From IMG/VR virus record IMGVR_UViG_3300045115_000211, positions 32,001 to 96,000 of that record: a stretch of 64,000 nt of DNA; one strand, written 5' to 3'. A program made the position numbers and the translations under genes. The DNA comes from a virus. Numbering within the stretch: the stretch's first letter is position 1; every line of letters begins with the position of its first letter. Below the pieces are notes generated by a model. It was not told the DNA's origin. It worked only from the letters and a program-made list of their open reading frames with translations, and ran no database searches. Below, piece by piece: positions 60,648-64,000 of the stretch.

Positions 60648-61099
60648 CGAGGGACTGGACGAGGGTGGACTGGGGGCTGCAGGACGTGGAGATCGCCTGC
60701 GGGATGGGCGTGACGCGCCAGGCGGTGCACCAGCGGCGTCCCGAGGGGTCCGTGGCGGCGAGGAAGAGGCGGCGCGTCGTGCCGACGGCGATGGCGCGGA
60801 TCGAGGCGATGGACACGTCGGGGATGGAGCTCCCGAGGGTGGCCTTGCTGGCGGGGTGCACGGAGCGGCACGCGATGAAGGTGCTTTCGGGGATGGGGAA
60901 GGCGTACAGGCGCCGTCCGAGGGGGAACGCGAGGTACGACTGGGGGAGGTTCCCAGAGGGGTGGCGGCGGATGACGGACAAGCAGATAGCGGCCGAGGTG
61001 GGCGTGGGGGACCCGGCCGTGGTGACGCAGTGGCGCAACAGGCATGGCTACCGCCGGCGCGGGGTGGCCGTGGAGGCGGGGAAGGAGCGTGCGGGTTGA
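60644..61099 (+). CDS. HTH-repeat DNA-binding-like protein
   Basis: DW...D.EIA..MGVTRQAV and W..MTDKQIAAEVGV....V.QWR. Confidence 0.6.
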   Translation: MTRDWTRVDWGLQDVEIACGMGVTRQAVHQRRPEGSVAARKRRRVVPTAMARIEAMDTSGMELPRVALLAGCTERHAMKVLSGMGKAYRRRPRGNARYDWGRFPEGWRRMTDKQIAAEVGVGDPAVVTQWRNRHGYRRRGVAVEAGKERAG

Positions 61100-61971
61100 G
61101 CGTGCTGTTCATGCTGGGATGGCTGTGGTGGGGGCTGCTGGGGCTGGCGAGCGTGCTGGTCGCCGTCGCCGGGGTGTGCACCGTCATCCGGGAGTCGTCC
61201 GAGACGGAGATGGACTTCAAGAACGGGATCGCGTGGCGGAGGCAGGAGACCAGGCATCGCGACCGTTGGCTGCGGCAGCACTTCGGGGAGGAGGGGCGTC
61301 GGCGCTGGCTCCTGAACCTTGAGGCGTGGGAGGCGTTCAAGGCCGTGATGGTCTTCGACGAGAAGGGGAAGGCCGTCAGGCGGCTTGAGGCGTTCAAGGC
61401 GGCGTACCCCGGGTGGTACGACGGGGCGAGGCGGAACGCGGCCGGGGGGAGCGACGGGTTCGTGCCGTTCGCCTATTCCCCGGCGCCTTGGGGGACGCGT
61501 CCCATGGTGCTGCGCCGCAAGCCGCAGTGGGGCGACGACGAGGACAGGGAGTATCCCTCCAGGCATTCGGCGAAGGGCAACAGGGTCAGGGGGAGGGAGC
61601 CCACCGGCGGCATGGGCGTGCATGGGGAGCCGATGGGGATCGACTGGCTGGCGGCGGGCTTCTGGGATCCCGTCGTGGTCGATGGGGCCGTGGTCGACCC
61701 GATCGACGAGCTGCGTCGCGACTACAGGTCGTACTGGCTCCATGAGGGCTTCCTCTTCGGGAACAACCTCGCCGACAGGGACTTCGAGGCGAGGCTGGTC
61801 GATGAGGCGAGGGAGGCATGCCTGCGGACGAGCGGGGGCACCGCCCCGGGGACGCTCAACGAGGGCCCTGCCGAGCGGCGTCCCCTCTACCTGCACAACC
61901 CGAGGCTGGCGCGCGTGCCGCCCAGGAAGCCGTGACGGTCGCGTGGCGTGCCCACTGGATGCGCCTGGGGG

Positions 61972-62000
61972 TTGACTCGCGGGCGTCCCCGTGGCATGAT
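61972..62000 (+). promoter_or_regulatory. sigma70-like promoter
   Basis: TTGACT-17bp-CATGAT. Confidence 0.7.
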
Positions 62001-62025
62001 GCGGGCATGAAGGGAGGGATCCGCC

Positions 62026-62577
62026 ATGGCTGAGATGGGAAGGTTCCAAGGGAGTCTGGACGGCGAGGTGATGCCCCGGCTGGTCGTCGGGGCGACGGGG
62101 CGCAGGTTCCGGGGCCGCGAGGTGGTGTCGTTCAGGCATCCGCCGGGGCTGTTCGGGACGCGGGCGACGGGGAGGGAGCGGGTGCGCGAGGGGACGGTGG
62201 CGAACGGGCTGCTGAACCAGTGCGCGATCACGGACCCCCCGACGCCGTACTGGGCGGTGATGGACGCGATGTGCTCGCTCAAGTCGGGCTTCACGAAGCG
62301 GCAGGCGATCGACGCCGCGGTGGGGCACGTGGGCGAGGGCAAGCGGCGGGCGTGCGAGATCGCGTGGGACGTGCTGCGCAACCACCACAGGCACGAGCGC
62401 AAGCGCGACGCGGGGATGGGGTTCATGGTCGACACGCTGGAGGGCGGCAGGATGGCGGTGCGCGCGAGGGCGCCCGGCGAGACGCTGGCGTACTTCGCGG
62501 CGGAGCGCGGCCGCAGGGAGGCGGCGGAGGCGGTGCTGGCGGGGGACGGGCAGGGCGGGGCGCAGGACGGAGGGTGA
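62026..62577 (+). CDS. hypothetical protein
   Basis: SD GGAGG, codon use. Confidence 0.6.
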   Translation: MAEMGRFQGSLDGEVMPRLVVGATGRRFRGREVVSFRHPPGLFGTRATGRERVREGTVANGLLNQCAITDPPTPYWAVMDAMCSLKSGFTKRQAIDAAVGHVGEGKRRACEIAWDVLRNHHRHERKRDAGMGFMVDTLEGGRMAVRARAPGETLAYFAAERGRREAAEAVLAGDGQGGAQDGG

Positions 62578-64000
62578 CGATGGTCAGCGAAGGAGGCTTG
62601 CCGGGCGGCATCCTGAGGGTCAGTCTCGCCCCGCGGGCGAGGACGGCGGCCCTTCCAAGGCCACGCTCGTCTTCGGGATCGGCGACGCCAGGGACGTGAG
62701 CGCGTCGGCGGTGGAGGCGGCGAGGCCCGTGCCCGGGAGCCGTCGCGTGGAGGCGATCATGGGCGGGCGCGGGGGGAAGGCAGTGGGACGGGAGGAGTCC
62801 CGAAAGGCGGAGGTTCTGGGGCTCGCCGGCAGGCTCGCCGACCTCGTGGCGGCGGGCGACGCCGTGACGGGCGAGATGAGGGCCCTCGCCATGGCGATCC
62901 GCTCGGCCCTCGGCGCAGGGCCGCTGGGGGAGTCGGCGCAGGGCAGGGCGAAGGCGGGAGACCTGGTGCCGGGCGGCATCTACGTGGCGAAGGGCAGGCC
63001 GCAGGGCGAGTTCGACTGGGAGTACGTCGGCAAGGTGGATGGCGATCCGGCGAGGTTCCGGATGAGGCGCGAGGGGATGGGCCCGACGGTCGAGCTGCTG
63101 GGCGACCACGGCCTTGCGCCCTACGACGCGCAGGGGAAGTTCTGGCATCCGACGAACTGGACGGAGGGGACGGGAGTGGGTGCGGGCACGGCGAGGGCCG
63201 TGGCGGAGGCGGCTGGCCGCGACGCCCCGGACGTGTCGTTCCCGACGGAGGACGGGGATGGGTTTCCTGGAGTTGGCGCTTGAGGACTCGCCGTATTCCG
63301 AGTGGCTCGTCGATGACGAGGACCGCGGGAGGAGGCTCGTGCACGCCTCGATGGGGCGTCTGGACGAGTCGTGGGCCTCGGCGCGCAGGACGACGCTGTC
63401 GGTGATGTGCGTCGTCGTGGCGTGCGCGGGCCGCGCCGACCGTCCCCTGGCGAGGCGGCTGGTGCTCTCGATGGCGGGGATGATGTCCAGGATGTGCGAC
63501 TTCTGGTCGTCGAACGCCGGGTCGGTGACGGCGGGGCTGCCGGAGACGTCGGAGCTCAAGGCGGAGTCGGACGCGACCGACGTCCTTGGCCAGGAGCTGG
63601 GCGGGAAGGCCGACGGGCTGCTCGCGGGGGTGATGGTCACGATGCTGGTGGAGCTGCCGGCGTCGTGGCGGGCGCACTTCGGGCTGGCGGCGGACGCCGT
63701 CAGGTCGCTGGGCGGGCTGCTGTCGCCCGACGACGCGTCGTGGGCGGCGAGGCAGGCGGCGGAGGAGCAGCGCGCGATGATGGCTGGCCTCGTGGCCGAG
63801 CTGGAGGACGCGACGTCGCCGGGGTCGGCGGCCTTGCGGGCGGCGGAGTCCTGGGCCGGCAGGGCGAGGGCGACGCACGCCGCGCACGCGGGGCTGGGGC
63901 AGCGCGCCGCGATGGCGGCTGTGGTGAGGGCGGCTGGGTTCCCGAGCGCGGGGTGAGGGTGAGGCATGCCTTTCGGGGTGGACGTCAAGGTGAGGGGGAC

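Noticed and set aside
1-64000. tRNA/rRNA genes, integrase/transposase, cas1/cas2/cas4, virion genes, alternative genetic code
   Set aside because: No recognisable signatures; known genes are full-length under the standard code with all three stops used

Overview
High-GC, densely packed, almost entirely + strand window that looks like part of a large (jumbo-type) bacteriophage genome. It has many short hypothetical ORFs and scattered host-like genes (NAD-dependent ligase, ClpP, Ndk, Map, Pth2, ECF sigma, CoaB/CoaC/CoaD, three DNA methyltransferases, Vsr, cell-wall hydrolase). I recognised no structural genes. The prepilin motif and ECF sigma type hint at a PVC-superphylum host (inference). The centrepiece is a compact type I-C CRISPR-Cas locus (cas7-cas5-cas8c/cas11-cas3, no cas1/2/4) with a 22-repeat array fused to the cas3 stop codon. 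Upstream lies a separate repeat-spacer-degenerate repeat mini-array whose 27-nt spacer matches the cas operon's own -35 region next to a perfect TTC PAM, suggesting RNA-guided autorepression. Other notable structure: (1) five low-GC free-standing endonuclease cassettes that each carry a recoded end of the neighbouring gene; (2) a window-wide TTGACT-N17-YANNAT promoter family that often drives leaderless genes; (3) a CoA pathway plus an ACP-like protein; (4) a pilin-like gene split by a 258-bp insert; (5) a sharp GC-skew inversion near 59.5 kb. Several single-base frameshifts in homopolymers may be sequencing errors. All family calls are from motif recognition by eye, not database searches.
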